A stretch of DNA of 64,000 bases, from positions 437,121-501,120 of the forward strand of contig JAAUZV010000014.1 of NCBI GenBank assembly GCA_014804425.1. The letters are read 5' to 3'. A model generated the notes under the pieces. The model did no database searches. It saw nothing but the letters and a program-made list of their open reading frames with translations, and had not been told where the DNA came from. Below are positions 42,966-53,049 of the stretch, piece after piece. The stretch comes from Lachnospiraceae bacterium. GTDB taxonomy: Bacteria; Bacillota; Clostridia; Lachnospirales; Lachnospiraceae. The position numbers were made by a program, and so were the translations under genes. Position 1 is the stretch's first letter, and the number at the start of each line of letters is the position of its first letter.

Positions 42966-44672
42966 TCAATCTTTTCGGATCGCCTCCGTGCGGATGATGA
43001 ATTTCACGCTTGAATCCACGCCTTCAGGCGCTCCGCTGAACGTCCGATAGGATTCCCCCGCATCCATGACGGCGTTAAGTCTTTCCGAAAATTCCACGAG
43101 ATTGCCGTTATCCATGCTGGAAAATACTGCTGCCAGTTCCTGAATGCCCTCCTCGTCAAACTGCCTCATTCCGTTACAGAGCGTCCTGCTGCCGTCCTCT
43201 AACAGATTCGCTCCGTCGCCCAAGGCCGTCAGACCGTCGTAAAGCGTCCATGCGCCCTGATTTGCAGTATCAATACCGCCGCTTAAATCATTCGCTCCCT
43301 GCACGAGCGTCATCATATCGCCTGCATTTGCCGCAAGTCCGTCGTAGATGCCACTTAAAGTTGCAAGGTAGGTCAACTCATTCTGTGTCATGCCCTGTGC
43401 CTGCATCACGCTTGCGATTGCCTGCTCCTTCGACATGCCGTAGCCTGCCATCATCTGTCCGACCGCCTGCTCAAACTGTGCATAGCCGTCATGTGCCGGC
43501 TTGAGCTGTACCATCATGTCATTCAGCGTTTCTGCAAGCTGCCCGACGCCTCCCGCAACCGCCTTTCCGCCGTCAGAGAGCTGCTGCATTCCCGCTGCCA
43601 GCGCATAAGCTCCCTCTTGGGCGCTCGCCGCCCCCTCTGCCAAATCCTGCGCACCTGCCGCAAGCTGTTCACTGCCGTCCACAAGCTGCCTTGAACTGTC
43701 GGACAACAGCGTCATTGCATCCTCCAAGGTATCAAGCTGCCCGGACACACCGCTTAAATCAATGTCTGCGCCAAGGTCGATATCAGAAAACAGATTCGGA
43801 AGAATCATGCTCAGGGTCATTTCAAGCTCAAAGTTCACAACATCTGCTTCAATCTCCAAATAGTCGGGCGCATCCACATTGACCGCTCCCGTACCCGCGC
43901 CGTTTTCGGCAAGTGTTTCCCTTGTCTCCTCACTGAGATTGAGGTTCTCGGCAAGTCCCGGAAACGCAACCCCAATGATGATTGCGTTATTCCCCTCGGT
44001 AAGAATCTTTCCGCTGGATACCGTGATACTTGAGAAATGCTCCAGCGGCAGGATTGCACCGCTGATCACCGCAAACGGTACATAAACCTCCGTCTCTTCC
44101 CCGCCGATCACCGTCGTCTGCTTCGCGCGGTTCTCATAGTCAAAACGAATTACAACGTGCCCGCTTTTTCCTGCAAGCTCCTCCGGTTTGATCTCCACGC
44201 CGTCCAGATAATAAGTCATTGTCAAACCGATCGGCAGTTCCGCATCCGTTGTTCCCTGATAGAAAATATCCGAACCCTCCGCCTGCCATGTGATCGCATT
44301 GCCGCTTCCGGCCGTATAGGTCTGTGTTCCCTTCACGTTCTCAATGTCTGTCAAAGTGGTCTCATCCTCAAGAACCTGCGCGCCCTCGCCGTTCTTCAAT
44401 TGATTGCTCACAATGATATTTCTTGTTGTTCCGTCTGCTCCGGCGATCACATAAACGGTCTCATCCTTGCCTGACTCTGCGCTGTGGGAAATGATCTGCT
44501 GGCCGAATGCCTCCGTCAGCACTTCCTCAGTCGCTTCTTCTTTTTCCGCCGCACTTACTTTATCCACATGAAGATCATTGATCAATACCGTGCCGACACA
44601 TCCGGTCACGGTCACAACTGCCGCCGTAACAGCAACACCTTTTATCCAATTTCCACGTTTCATCCGTTTCAT
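42966..44672 (-). CDS. Membrane-anchored/secreted protein with YhgE/Pip-like helical repeats
   Basis: N-terminal anchor/lipobox-like VTVTGCVG. The C-terminal half has degenerate repeats of the type LVDGSEQLAAGAQDLAEGA.. / LSDGGKAVAGGVGQL / LYDGLTALGDGANLLEDGSRTLCNG. Confidence 0.6.
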   Translation of the reverse strand: MKRMKRGNWIKGVAVTAAVVTVTGCVGTVLINDLHVDKVSAAEKEEATEEVLTEAFGQQIISHSAESGKDETVYVIAGADGTTRNIIVSNQLKNGEGAQVLEDETTLTDIENVKGTQTYTAGSGNAITWQAEGSDIFYQGTTDAELPIGLTMTYYLDGVEIKPEELAGKSGHVVIRFDYENRAKQTTVIGGEETEVYVPFAVISGAILPLEHFSSITVSSGKILTEGNNAIIIGVAFPGLAENLNLSEETRETLAENGAGTGAVNVDAPDYLEIEADVVNFELEMTLSMILPNLFSDIDLGADIDLSGVSGQLDTLEDAMTLLSDSSRQLVDGSEQLAAGAQDLAEGAASAQEGAYALAAGMQQLSDGGKAVAGGVGQLAETLNDMMVQLKPAHDGYAQFEQAVGQMMAGYGMSKEQAIASVMQAQGMTQNELTYLATLSGIYDGLAANAGDMMTLVQGANDLSGGIDTANQGAWTLYDGLTALGDGANLLEDGSRTLCNGMRQFDEEGIQELAAVFSSMDNGNLVEFSERLNAVMDAGESYRTFSGAPEGVDSSVKFIIRTEAIRKD

Positions 44673-44689
44673 CTCACATCATCCTTTCT

Positions 44690-46804
44690 CTATGAATTCT
44701 GCAGCTCGCCAACGACTCTGTCTTTTTTCTCCCTTTTCTTGCGGAAGCCCATACTGGTATGACAGATCAGTCCGTCAAAGATCAGGAACATGCTCGGCAG
44801 CACGAGCAATACGACTGCCATACTGATCAGCGCGCCTCTCGCCATCAGCATACACAGAGCGCTGATCATATCTATATTACTGTAAAGACCGACGCCAAAG
44901 GTTGCTGCGAAAAAGCTCAGCGCACTGACGATCACCGATTGAATCGACTGGCTGTGCGCTGAAAATACCGCTTCTTTTTTATCCTTGCCCTCATAGCGCG
45001 CATCCTTATATTTATTTGTCATCAAGATCGCATAATCGACTGTCGCGCCGAGCTGGATCGTTCCGATGACAATGGAAGCGATAAACGGCAACGTCGTCTT
45101 TGTATAATACGGAATACCCATATTGATGAAGATCGCGAACTCGATGACCGCCACCAAGATGACCGGCAGCGAGATCGACTTGAACACAAGCAGGATGAGT
45201 AAAAAGATCACCCCGATGGATACGATCGATACCGTCTGGAAATCATGGTTAGTAATGGAAATCAGATCCTTGGTGCAGGACGCCTCTCCGATCACCATGC
45301 CGGCTGCGTCATAACGCTTCACAATATCCACAAGTGCATCACATTGATCATTTACTTCATCCGTTGCCACCGCGTATTCCGATCCGATCATCATCATCTC
45401 GTACCGGTCATTTGCGACCTCACCCGTCAATGACTCCGGAAGGATTTCCTTCGGAATGGTCGGTCCGAGCAGTGCGCTTAAACCGAGTACATTCTTGACG
45501 CCGTCCACTTCTTTGATCTCTGACAGCATCCGGTCCATATCGCTGGTCTTCATATGAGAATCAACTAAAATGATATGTGTGCTTCCCATTTCAAATGTTT
45601 CATCCAATTTATCATTCGCCATGATGCTGGGCAGACCCTTTGGCAGCGTACCTGCCAGATCATAGTATACCTCGGTGCGGGTGTATCCGATCGTAGCCGG
45701 AACCCAGATCAGTGCAAACAGGACTGCCAATATGATGTAATGCTTCGTCACGAACTTCGTTACGATCGTGAATTTCGGTAAAAGCTGCTTGTGGCTCGTG
45801 CGCTCCAGCGCCTTATCAAACAGTAAGATCATGGACGGCAGGACGGTCACACAGCAGATCACGCCGATCACAACGCCCTTCGCCATAACGATACCCAGAT
45901 CCAGACCGAGCGTGAAGCTCATGAAGCACAGCGAAATGAATCCGGCAACCGTTGTCAAAGAACTTCCCATGACGGAGGTAATGGAGTTTCCGATCGCATG
46001 TGCCATCGCGTCATATTTATCTGTCGGATTGTTTGCTTTTTCCGCCTTATAGCTGTGCCACAGGAAAATGGAATAATCCATCGTCACACCTAATTGCAGT
46101 ACCGCGCTCAGCGCTTTCGTTACATAGGAGATCTCTCCCCAGAAGATATTCGTTCCTAAATTGTAGACGATCGCGATTCCGATACTCAACAGGAAGAACA
46201 ATGGTATCAGGAAGGAGTCCATCGTCAGCGACAATACGACCAGCGCTAAGATCACTGCGATCACCACATAAACCGGAACTTCCTTGTCGGACAGATTCTT
46301 GATATCCGTGACAACCGCGCTCATTCCGCTGATAAAGCAGCGCTCATCCGCAATACTTCGGATCTCCTCGATCGCGTCCATCGTCTCATCTGCAGACATC
46401 GTTGTGTCAAACAGGATTGCCATCATCGTACAGTCCGCATCCCCGTTATAGAACGCTTCCCTGATCGAATCCGGCAGAATGCTGATTGGGATGGAAATGT
46501 CTGCGATATCATCATACCAAATGACGTTTTTGACATGATCCACAGCCTCCATCTTCTCCTCCAGTATACTGATCTCTCTCGGCGTCATGCCGTCCAACAC
46601 ACAGATGGAGAACGCACCCGTTCCGAACTCATCGACAAGAATGTCCTGTCCCTCCATCGTCTCAATGTCTTCGGGAAGATACGAGAGAATGTCATAATTG
46701 ACTCTCGTGTTGACATACCCGATTCCCGCCGGAATCAGCAGCAGCAGACTCAAGACAAAAATGACATATCTGCATTTTACGATTCCCTTTCCAAGCTTAT
46801 ACAT
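44690..46804 (-). CDS. MMPL/RND-superfamily transporter
   Basis: Two blocks of about 6 TM helices, each preceded by an extracytoplasmic domain. VTMDYSIFLWHSY and GATVDYAILMTNKY are typical MMPL TM motifs. The ATG at 46804 is preferred over 46825. Confidence 0.85.
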   Translation of the reverse strand: MYKLGKGIVKCRYVIFVLSLLLLIPAGIGYVNTRVNYDILSYLPEDIETMEGQDILVDEFGTGAFSICVLDGMTPREISILEEKMEAVDHVKNVIWYDDIADISIPISILPDSIREAFYNGDADCTMMAILFDTTMSADETMDAIEEIRSIADERCFISGMSAVVTDIKNLSDKEVPVYVVIAVILALVVLSLTMDSFLIPLFFLLSIGIAIVYNLGTNIFWGEISYVTKALSAVLQLGVTMDYSIFLWHSYKAEKANNPTDKYDAMAHAIGNSITSVMGSSLTTVAGFISLCFMSFTLGLDLGIVMAKGVVIGVICCVTVLPSMILLFDKALERTSHKQLLPKFTIVTKFVTKHYIILAVLFALIWVPATIGYTRTEVYYDLAGTLPKGLPSIMANDKLDETFEMGSTHIILVDSHMKTSDMDRMLSEIKEVDGVKNVLGLSALLGPTIPKEILPESLTGEVANDRYEMMMIGSEYAVATDEVNDQCDALVDIVKRYDAAGMVIGEASCTKDLISITNHDFQTVSIVSIGVIFLLILLVFKSISLPVILVAVIEFAIFINMGIPYYTKTTLPFIASIVIGTIQLGATVDYAILMTNKYKDARYEGKDKKEAVFSAHSQSIQSVIVSALSFFAATFGVGLYSNIDMISALCMLMARGALISMAVVLLVLPSMFLIFDGLICHTSMGFRKKREKKDRVVGELQNS

Positions 46805-46986
46805 CGTCTCATCCGCTCCTTTCATTTTGGAAAACCTGATCGTTCTTCCCTGCGGCTCCTTGCCTCCGCAGGCGTTTTTGTTTCTGTGTGGAGCAGTATA
46901 CGCAATCTTTTCACGAAAAAAAATATGCAAAAAAAGAGAACTGTCTTCAAGAAAAAGACAATTCTCATTTTCTGTTAGTCCATTTT

Positions 46987-47039
46987 ATACAAAATCGCCA
47001 TTTTGTATTTGTGCAAGATGATGCAGATTACTTGCACAA
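46987..47039. promoter_or_regulatory. Two adjacent inverted repeats, candidate TetR operators / MMPL promoter region
   Basis: ATACAAAAT-CGCC-ATTTTGTAT (46987-47008) and TTGTGCAAG-N13-CTTGCACAA (47009-47039), between the tetR stop and the MMPL start. Confidence 0.45.
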
Positions 47040-47075
47040 TTCTCTACAGGATTCTTCGTACCGCATTCCTGCTCA

Positions 47076-47654
47076 TTACTGCATCGCCTCGATCATATCC
47101 TTCATGGAATGCGTCAACAGAAACTCATAGATATCCGCCATATCCGAGGGCGAAACATCCGAATCCTCGTTCAGCCAGCGCATGACAATGAAGGTGAGGG
47201 AATGGGCATAATAGTCTGCCAGGTTCTCCATCGTTAGGAATTTCTTCATGAGCGGATTGCCCGTTTCCGCCCTCCCGCGCGTCTCCTCCATCATATACTC
47301 ATAAAGCAGACTCTTAATGCATTCCTTCGTGATCGACTGAAAGGAATTCTGCCCCTCCAACCTGCTCGCTTTGTGGTAAAATTCGCGTTCCTTTGAGAGA
47401 TTGGTAAAAATGATCGTGATCGCCGCATTGATCATTCCGCTTTTGATCAACGGCATCATCGGCTCTAAGATTTCTGTGCGGATGATGTACTCCAAGAGTT
47501 CGTATTTATCCTGAAAATGGTTATAAAAAGTCGGTCTGATCACGCCGGCTCCGTCCGTGATATCCTTGATCGTGATTTTTTCAATCGGCATGCGGAGGGT
47601 AAGCTCCTTAAAGCTCTCCGCCAGCCGCAGATCCATCTCGCTTTTTGTCTGCAT
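47076..47654 (-). CDS. TetR/AcrR-family transcriptional regulator
   Basis: HTH region IEKITIKDITDGAGVIRPTFYNHFQDKYEL. Confidence 0.88.
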   Translation of the reverse strand: MQTKSEMDLRLAESFKELTLRMPIEKITIKDITDGAGVIRPTFYNHFQDKYELLEYIIRTEILEPMMPLIKSGMINAAITIIFTNLSKEREFYHKASRLEGQNSFQSITKECIKSLLYEYMMEETRGRAETGNPLMKKFLTMENLADYYAHSLTFIVMRWLNEDSDVSPSDMADIYEFLLTHSMKDMIEAMQ

Positions 47655-47919
47655 AGTTACCCGCCTTAACACTTAGAATGTCCCCTGCCGTTCGTGGGGA
47701 CGACACAAAAAGTATTTTAGCGTAAAACCGAACGTTTGACAATGCGGGCGGCTGTTTTTTGTTCCCGAATTTCTTACTTTTTTATAAAAAAAGAACCAAC
47801 TCGGATTTTGTCAAAACAACCGGAATCCTGTTTGACGCGCTTGTACTTTCCTATTTAATGTGATAAACTTTGTTATATTTTTACACAAGCGCGGCGAACG
47901 AACCGCGGAGGAGGCAGGA

Positions 47920-48924
47920 ATGAGCAAACAGACGGACAACTATTTGGCGCTGGCACCGGCATTGGGATTACGTTACGATCCCTTGAATCAGGTGCTGTAC
48001 GGTCAAAGGAACGGCTATGATATCCTCATTTACGCAGCAAATCCCGGACAGCCCTATCTGCTGACCATACATACCGGGGCAAGAAATATGTTCGGTGCGA
48101 ATCTTACCAAGGAACAGACCAAAGAGCTGACCAAATCTGTAAAACCCATCCTCACATGCCTGCAGAACGGCAATGACATTGTGATAACGGTAAATGCTGC
48201 GACAGGCGCCAAGGTCTCTTTCGAGAAGCTGACCGCAAACACAGGGGAAGCGCTAAACGCATTGACCTCCTTCCTGTACGGAAAGGGATTTGCCCCCTGC
48301 TGTAGTATTTGCGGAATGCAAAAATTTGTTGCGCCCCACGAGCTGGAAGGGAGATATTATCACCTATGCCCGGATTGTGAGACATCCATGCGCACAAGGA
48401 TCGCTGCACCGAAGCCGCAGAAACAGGAGAATGTCATCGGCGGCATTGTAGGCGCACTGCTCGGCTCCCTGATCGGCGTCTTCTGTATTGTGCTGCTCTC
48501 GCAGCTGGGCTATGTAGCGGCGTTCTCCGGGGTTGCCATGGCCATAGGCGTGCTGGCCGGCTATGAGAAGCTGGGCGGTAAACTGACCAAAAAAGGCATT
48601 GTCATCAGCATTGTGATCATGCTGGGCATGACGTTTGCCGGAAATCAGCTTGACTGGGCAATCTCCCTCTACACCAAAGGCGGCGGTTCTAAGTTAGGTC
48701 TTACGATTTTTGACTGTTTTCGAATGGTTCCCTGGGCCATTTCCAACGGAGTGATCAAGAAAAGCACTTACATATTTAACCTTGTCCTGATCTACCTGTT
48801 TTTGTTGGTGGGCGCGATTCCGACGATCAACGCCAAGATCAAGGATAAGCAGAAGATCGGCCGCATGGTGAGAATCGGTTCCGTCGGCCCGTTCAACAAC
48901 AACAGCAGCAACTATATGCAGTAA
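47920..48924 (+). CDS. Membrane protein with N-terminal soluble domain, Cys4 zinc-ribbon (CCSICG...CPDC) and about 5 TM helices, function unknown
   Basis: ATG at 47920 with GGAGGAGG upstream. Motifs read from the translation. Confidence 0.6.
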   Translation: MSKQTDNYLALAPALGLRYDPLNQVLYGQRNGYDILIYAANPGQPYLLTIHTGARNMFGANLTKEQTKELTKSVKPILTCLQNGNDIVITVNAATGAKVSFEKLTANTGEALNALTSFLYGKGFAPCCSICGMQKFVAPHELEGRYYHLCPDCETSMRTRIAAPKPQKQENVIGGIVGALLGSLIGVFCIVLLSQLGYVAAFSGVAMAIGVLAGYEKLGGKLTKKGIVISIVIMLGMTFAGNQLDWAISLYTKGGGSKLGLTIFDCFRMVPWAISNGVIKKSTYIFNLVLIYLFLLVGAIPTINAKIKDKQKIGRMVRIGSVGPFNNNSSNYMQ

Positions 48925-48941
48925 AAACTTTCCGCAAACAG

Positions 48942-48980
48942 AAAAATACCGATGCAGAATATTTTCTGCACCGGTATTTT
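48942..48980. terminator. Bidirectional terminator
   Basis: AAAAATACCGATGCAGAA-TATT-TTCTGCACCGGTATTTT, with one A/C mismatch. Confidence 0.7.
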
Positions 48981-49014
48981 GAATAAACAGTCTGATTGCT
49001 TTATCAGCGTTTCC

Positions 49015-50118
49015 TTAAAAATCACGAATTTCCGCGAGCGCGGGCAGCGCATTTCCGTCATAATCAAACAACGCCTGATTTGCCCACTCATTACCGCAGG
49101 GTCCCTTATCGCCGATATAGGCAAGCGATTCCGGTGTTGCCCAGCCGGAACCGGGTACGGGAATCCATGCGGGCTCCCAATAGAAAAATCCTTTTCCCCT
49201 GCCGTTCGGAACGTCCCGGATGACCTGCATGACTTCCTTCATAAACTTCCGCTGTCCCTCGGGTGTCATCGGATACGGTACTTTCTCGGCAAGCTCCGCT
49301 TTCGTCGCCATGCCCTTGCGCTCCTCATCCGCAAGTTTTTCGTACGCCTGATAGTCTTCCATCGTATATCCCATGGACACCTCGGCAACGATCACATCCT
49401 TTTGATAACGTTCGGAAATGTCTTTCATATTATCGGCAAGACCCGAAAGAGGGCCGTGCCAGAACGGATAATAGGATAATCCGATGATATCGAAATCCTC
49501 ACCACGCTCCATATAATGGTCGAACCAATCCCGATACAGCGCGTTATTGCCGCCGTTATCCAAATGGATCATGACCGGAAGGTTTGCGTCTACCGCGCGC
49601 GCGGCACGGATCCCCGCGCTGATAAACCGCGCGATATTGTCGTAAGCGGGCATTTTCGCGTTCGGCCACAACAGTCCGTTCGTCACCTCGTTTCCGATCT
49701 GGATCATCGTCGGAAATGCGTTTTCTTTTTTCAGTGTAAGCAGCACCCTGCACGTATAGTCATACACTGCCTGCTCCAGCTGGTCGTCGTCATAACCCGC
49801 CCACGCCTTCGGCTTGATCTGCTTCCCCGGGTCTGTCCAAAAATCACTGTAATGCAGGTCAAGAAGAAACTGCATACCCTGTGCAAGCGCACGCTTCGCA
49901 ATTCTTACGGTCACGGCAAGGTCATTTGTCCCCGCGCCGTAAGGTTTCTTTGTCTCCGAATAGGGATCGTTCCACAGACGCAGACGCACAGCGTTTGTCC
50001 CGTAGCGTTTCAGGATGGAGAACAGCTCGCCCTCCTGCCCGTTGTCATAAAATCTTCCCCCACACCGCTCAACTTCCTCGATGGTGGAGACATCCATTCC
50101 TTTGATAAATTCTGCCAT
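49015..50118 (-). CDS. Arabinogalactan endo-beta-1,4-galactanase, GH53 (intracellular form, no signal peptide)
   Basis: [69 protein letters not shown]. Confidence 0.88.
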   Translation of the reverse strand: MAEFIKGMDVSTIEEVERCGGRFYDNGQEGELFSILKRYGTNAVRLRLWNDPYSETKKPYGAGTNDLAVTVRIAKRALAQGMQFLLDLHYSDFWTDPGKQIKPKAWAGYDDDQLEQAVYDYTCRVLLTLKKENAFPTMIQIGNEVTNGLLWPNAKMPAYDNIARFISAGIRAARAVDANLPVMIHLDNGGNNALYRDWFDHYMERGEDFDIIGLSYYPFWHGPLSGLADNMKDISERYQKDVIVAEVSMGYTMEDYQAYEKLADEERKGMATKAELAEKVPYPMTPEGQRKFMKEVMQVIRDVPNGRGKGFFYWEPAWIPVPGSGWATPESLAYIGDKGPCGNEWANQALFDYDGNALPALAEIRDF

Positions 50119-50125
50119 AAGCCCT

Positions 50126-50341
50126 CTAGTCCTCAAATTCTGTGATTCTGTCGGCGATTCTGCCATAACGGAATCTGGCCAGCTCGTTCTTTTTTAATAC
50201 GTCCTCTTCCGTGCCGTGATACTGGCAGCGGATACAGTAGTATTCTTTTTTATCGCGGTCGTAAAACATATCAATATCAAGGTCTCGCATAAAGCAGGAC
50301 GGACACCGGTAATTTAATTTGCCTTTTCCAGATTGAGCCAT
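50126..50341 (-). CDS. Small Cys4 zinc-ribbon protein (71 aa)
   Basis: CPSC...CIRC. GGAGGT lies 9 nt upstream of the ATG, inside the upstream gene. The gene overlaps the upstream gene by 28 nt and ends 7 nt before the GH53 start. Confidence 0.6.
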   Translation of the reverse strand: MAQSGKGKLNYRCPSCFMRDLDIDMFYDRDKKEYYCIRCQYHGTEEDVLKKNELARFRYGRIADRITEFED

Positions 50342-52152
50342 GTCGTAAATACCTCCTTATCAGAAATTTCCGTTTGATAGCCTAACGTGAACATCGGGGA
50401 GAATGCATAGCCCTCCTTCACATAGCCGGATGCCTTGTCGCAATCGGTGCTGAGCGATACACGCGTCTCGATCTGCGGCACTACCGCCGTTACGCGCTCT
50501 GCGCCCGCAAGGGAAGCCTCCCTGCACTTGTATGCGTAATCAATCGTTTCCTTTTCAGCGCCCTTTTCGATGCTGAGGGTAATGCCGGTCATGTCCTCGG
50601 AATACTCCGTTGTTCCGTAGCATGCCACCATATACTCGTTTAAATCCACTTTTGCATTCGGATCGCTCATGGAAAGCACCTTGCGCTCGATACCGATGCG
50701 CGAGCTGCCCTCTTCAAATAACAGCCTTGTCTGAAGCTTCATGGTCAGGTCGGCAAACTCAATTTCCACCGGATCGAGCGTCAGGATTCGGGTCTGTCCT
50801 TCCTCTGAAAAATGCGCCTTCGTGCGGCAGAGACATAAGTCCACTTCCTCGCCGTTGTAAGTTAACTTTGCGCTTCTGACCGTTCCTTCGCCGGCATAGT
50901 GCGTAAAGTATCCGGCGCGGTATTTTTCCTGCATCAGGAACGGGTAGGACGCGTCGGTCACATGCTTTGTCCCGATGCCGACCGGCCAATTGAGCTTCGC
51001 CGCATAAGGTCTGAGGTCAACGATCGCGCCGCCCTGATCCATATTGACGCATGCACGCATATACGGATCGCAATACCAGAACAGCTGCTTGTCCGAACCG
51101 TAAAGAATATCTTTCCAAAGCGCACACTCCGGCTCGGTATAGCGTCTGTTCTCACGATACCAGTCCGCGAATTCCGCCATCGTCATATCGCTTAATTTTC
51201 CTTCTTTTTTCAGCTTGCCGTAATAAGCGCAGCCATCCTCGTAGGATTTGAGCAGCAGCTCATAGGGCGCCTCCCAGCGTCCCATCTTGTTCATCCAGCC
51301 GGGTCCTACGAACATCATGTTGTACGCATAGCCGTTATTGAACTTTGCTAAATGACGATACTGGTCGATCAGATTATATAAATACGGGAACTCCCATGTT
51401 TCCGTATCATAGATCATACCGCGCAGTACGTTCTGCGGATGCGTACCGAAATTGGAGCCGTTGCCGTCATAGCAAGCGAGCAGATCGCGGGATAAATGCG
51501 GGATCGCCACGATGCCGGAATCCTCCGCCTCATTCGCAGCAGGCGCATGCGTATTCTGCTTACTCGGAATCCACGGCGCCCACGGACCGCCGTCCATGAA
51601 GGTGTACCACGAGTTGTTGCAGGTGTGATATGCTTTCGGTCCTTCCTCCCAGCATGTCGCAACCGCACATTTCACCATTGGATATTTTTCTTTGATATAA
51701 TTCGTCAGCTCCGCGTCCATGTAATAGGAGCCTGTTGACTCAGGATAAAAACCGAAGCGCTCATGGAATTTGCCGAACACATCGTCTACGATGGATTTCT
51801 TGTCCTCCATCGAGAACATCCAGATACAAAAATCCTTTGTCTTGTATTTCTCACGGAACTCCTTGCACGGAAGTCCTAAGAGCGTCAGCGCGATCTCGTC
51901 GCCGTACTGCTCATGATCCGCCTTTGCCAGTTCCACTGCCTCATCATTAAAAAGAGAAGCGTACGTCATCTGGATCGTTGTCTTCAATCCGTTCTTATGC
52001 GCAATTGCCTGCTGTGTCTTGAAAATGTCGAGAGACTCCGTCAAAAGCGCCTTTCTCCCGATGTCTTCCTCTTTCCCGTGTCCGGTTACTTTTTCGGCAT
52101 ACTCCGGCACCATCTCGGGACGATGAATGATGTTGACGATAAATTTCTCCAT
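50314..52152 (-). CDS. Uncharacterised 612-aa cytoplasmic protein, candidate carbohydrate-active enzyme by context only
   Basis: Strong RBS (AAGGAGG) and no signal peptide. First gene of an operon with the Zn-ribbon gene and GH53. I cannot place the sequence in a known family by eye. Confidence 0.5.
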   Translation of the reverse strand: MEKFIVNIIHRPEMVPEYAEKVTGHGKEEDIGRKALLTESLDIFKTQQAIAHKNGLKTTIQMTYASLFNDEAVELAKADHEQYGDEIALTLLGLPCKEFREKYKTKDFCIWMFSMEDKKSIVDDVFGKFHERFGFYPESTGSYYMDAELTNYIKEKYPMVKCAVATCWEEGPKAYHTCNNSWYTFMDGGPWAPWIPSKQNTHAPAANEAEDSGIVAIPHLSRDLLACYDGNGSNFGTHPQNVLRGMIYDTETWEFPYLYNLIDQYRHLAKFNNGYAYNMMFVGPGWMNKMGRWEAPYELLLKSYEDGCAYYGKLKKEGKLSDMTMAEFADWYRENRRYTEPECALWKDILYGSDKQLFWYCDPYMRACVNMDQGGAIVDLRPYAAKLNWPVGIGTKHVTDASYPFLMQEKYRAGYFTHYAGEGTVRSAKLTYNGEEVDLCLCRTKAHFSEEGQTRILTLDPVEIEFADLTMKLQTRLLFEEGSSRIGIERKVLSMSDPNAKVDLNEYMVACYGTTEYSEDMTGITLSIEKGAEKETIDYAYKCREASLAGAERVTAVVPQIETRVSLSTDCDKASGYVKEGYAFSPMFTLGYQTEISDKEVFTTWLNLEKAN

Positions 52153-52258
52153 GTCTGCCTCCTTATGATATGACTTTCTGTATTATCTCCATAACAGCAG
52201 GCCCGACGGCTGAGCCGTTATGTTGTATTCCGCCGCTATTGCGCACCTTGATCCGCTT

Positions 52259-52275
52259 GGTTGCGCAACCGGTTG
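52259..52275. promoter_or_regulatory. Candidate LacI-family operator (GGTTGCGCAACCGGTTG)
   Basis: Perfect 12-bp palindrome GGTTGCGCAACC overlapping the palindrome CAACCGGTTG. Near-identical to 54845-54861 (14 of 17 positions). Confidence 0.45.
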
Positions 52276-52404
52276 TCCTCTTTTCCATAGTCTACCAAAG
52301 CGCCGTTTCCTTGTCAATTATTATCCGTCCGGCTTTTTCACTGATTTTGCGACGACTTCTTTGTACATTTTTCCCAAATTGCGCAGATCGGGATGCGGCG
52401 CCGA

Positions 52405-52974
52405 TCACTTCATCCATCCGGCGCCGGCATTCCATGCTTTTCCGACCTGCTCACCGGACACATAGTATCCATGCTGGAATTGATCAAAGATCAGTGCATC
52501 CAATTTTACGGGATCCACTTTTCCATTCTCCGCAAGTACGCTTTCTTCGGCCGCAGTATTTACAATTTTTCCTACGATACAATAGAAGCTCTCTGTTTCC
52601 ACAACCTCTGCAAGTGTGCACTCCATCACCACCGGGAATTCCTCGATGATCGGTGCATCTACATGAACACTTTTTGCCGCCGTATAGCCGGTTCTTTCAA
52701 ATTTGTCAGGCATCTTGTTTCCTGTGGCTATCCCGAAGAAATCAGCCACATCCATATGCGCCCGGTCTGCAATGCTTACCGTAAACGCTTTTCTCTTCAG
52801 CAGATTTTGGGTCGTCTTATGCTCTTCATCAATAAATAATGCGATTCTGTCTTCATTGCAGATCATCCCCCATGCAGCATTCATCACATTTACTTTGTCT
52901 TCCTCCCCATATGCGGCCACCATCAGAACCGGCATAGGATAAACAGCCTGAACCACTCCTAAATCTTTCTTCAT
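52405..52974 (-). CDS. Flavin reductase-like (FMN-binding split-barrel) protein
   Basis: VYPMPVLMVAAYGEEDKVNVMNAAWGMI..., a paralogue type of the 26989-27555 gene. Confidence 0.75.
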   Translation of the reverse strand: MKKDLGVVQAVYPMPVLMVAAYGEEDKVNVMNAAWGMICNEDRIALFIDEEHKTTQNLLKRKAFTVSIADRAHMDVADFFGIATGNKMPDKFERTGYTAAKSVHVDAPIIEEFPVVMECTLAEVVETESFYCIVGKIVNTAAEESVLAENGKVDPVKLDALIFDQFQHGYYVSGEQVGKAWNAGAGWMK

Positions 52975-53049
52975 CTCATTTTTCCTCCATTTTCGTTGTT
53001 TTCATTCTTCTATGCTTAAACAGAGAAAGTTTCTATATTAATATTTAGC

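Noticed and set aside
49516-50145. 209-aa plus-strand ORF
   Set aside because: It is antisense to the GH53 galactanase gene.
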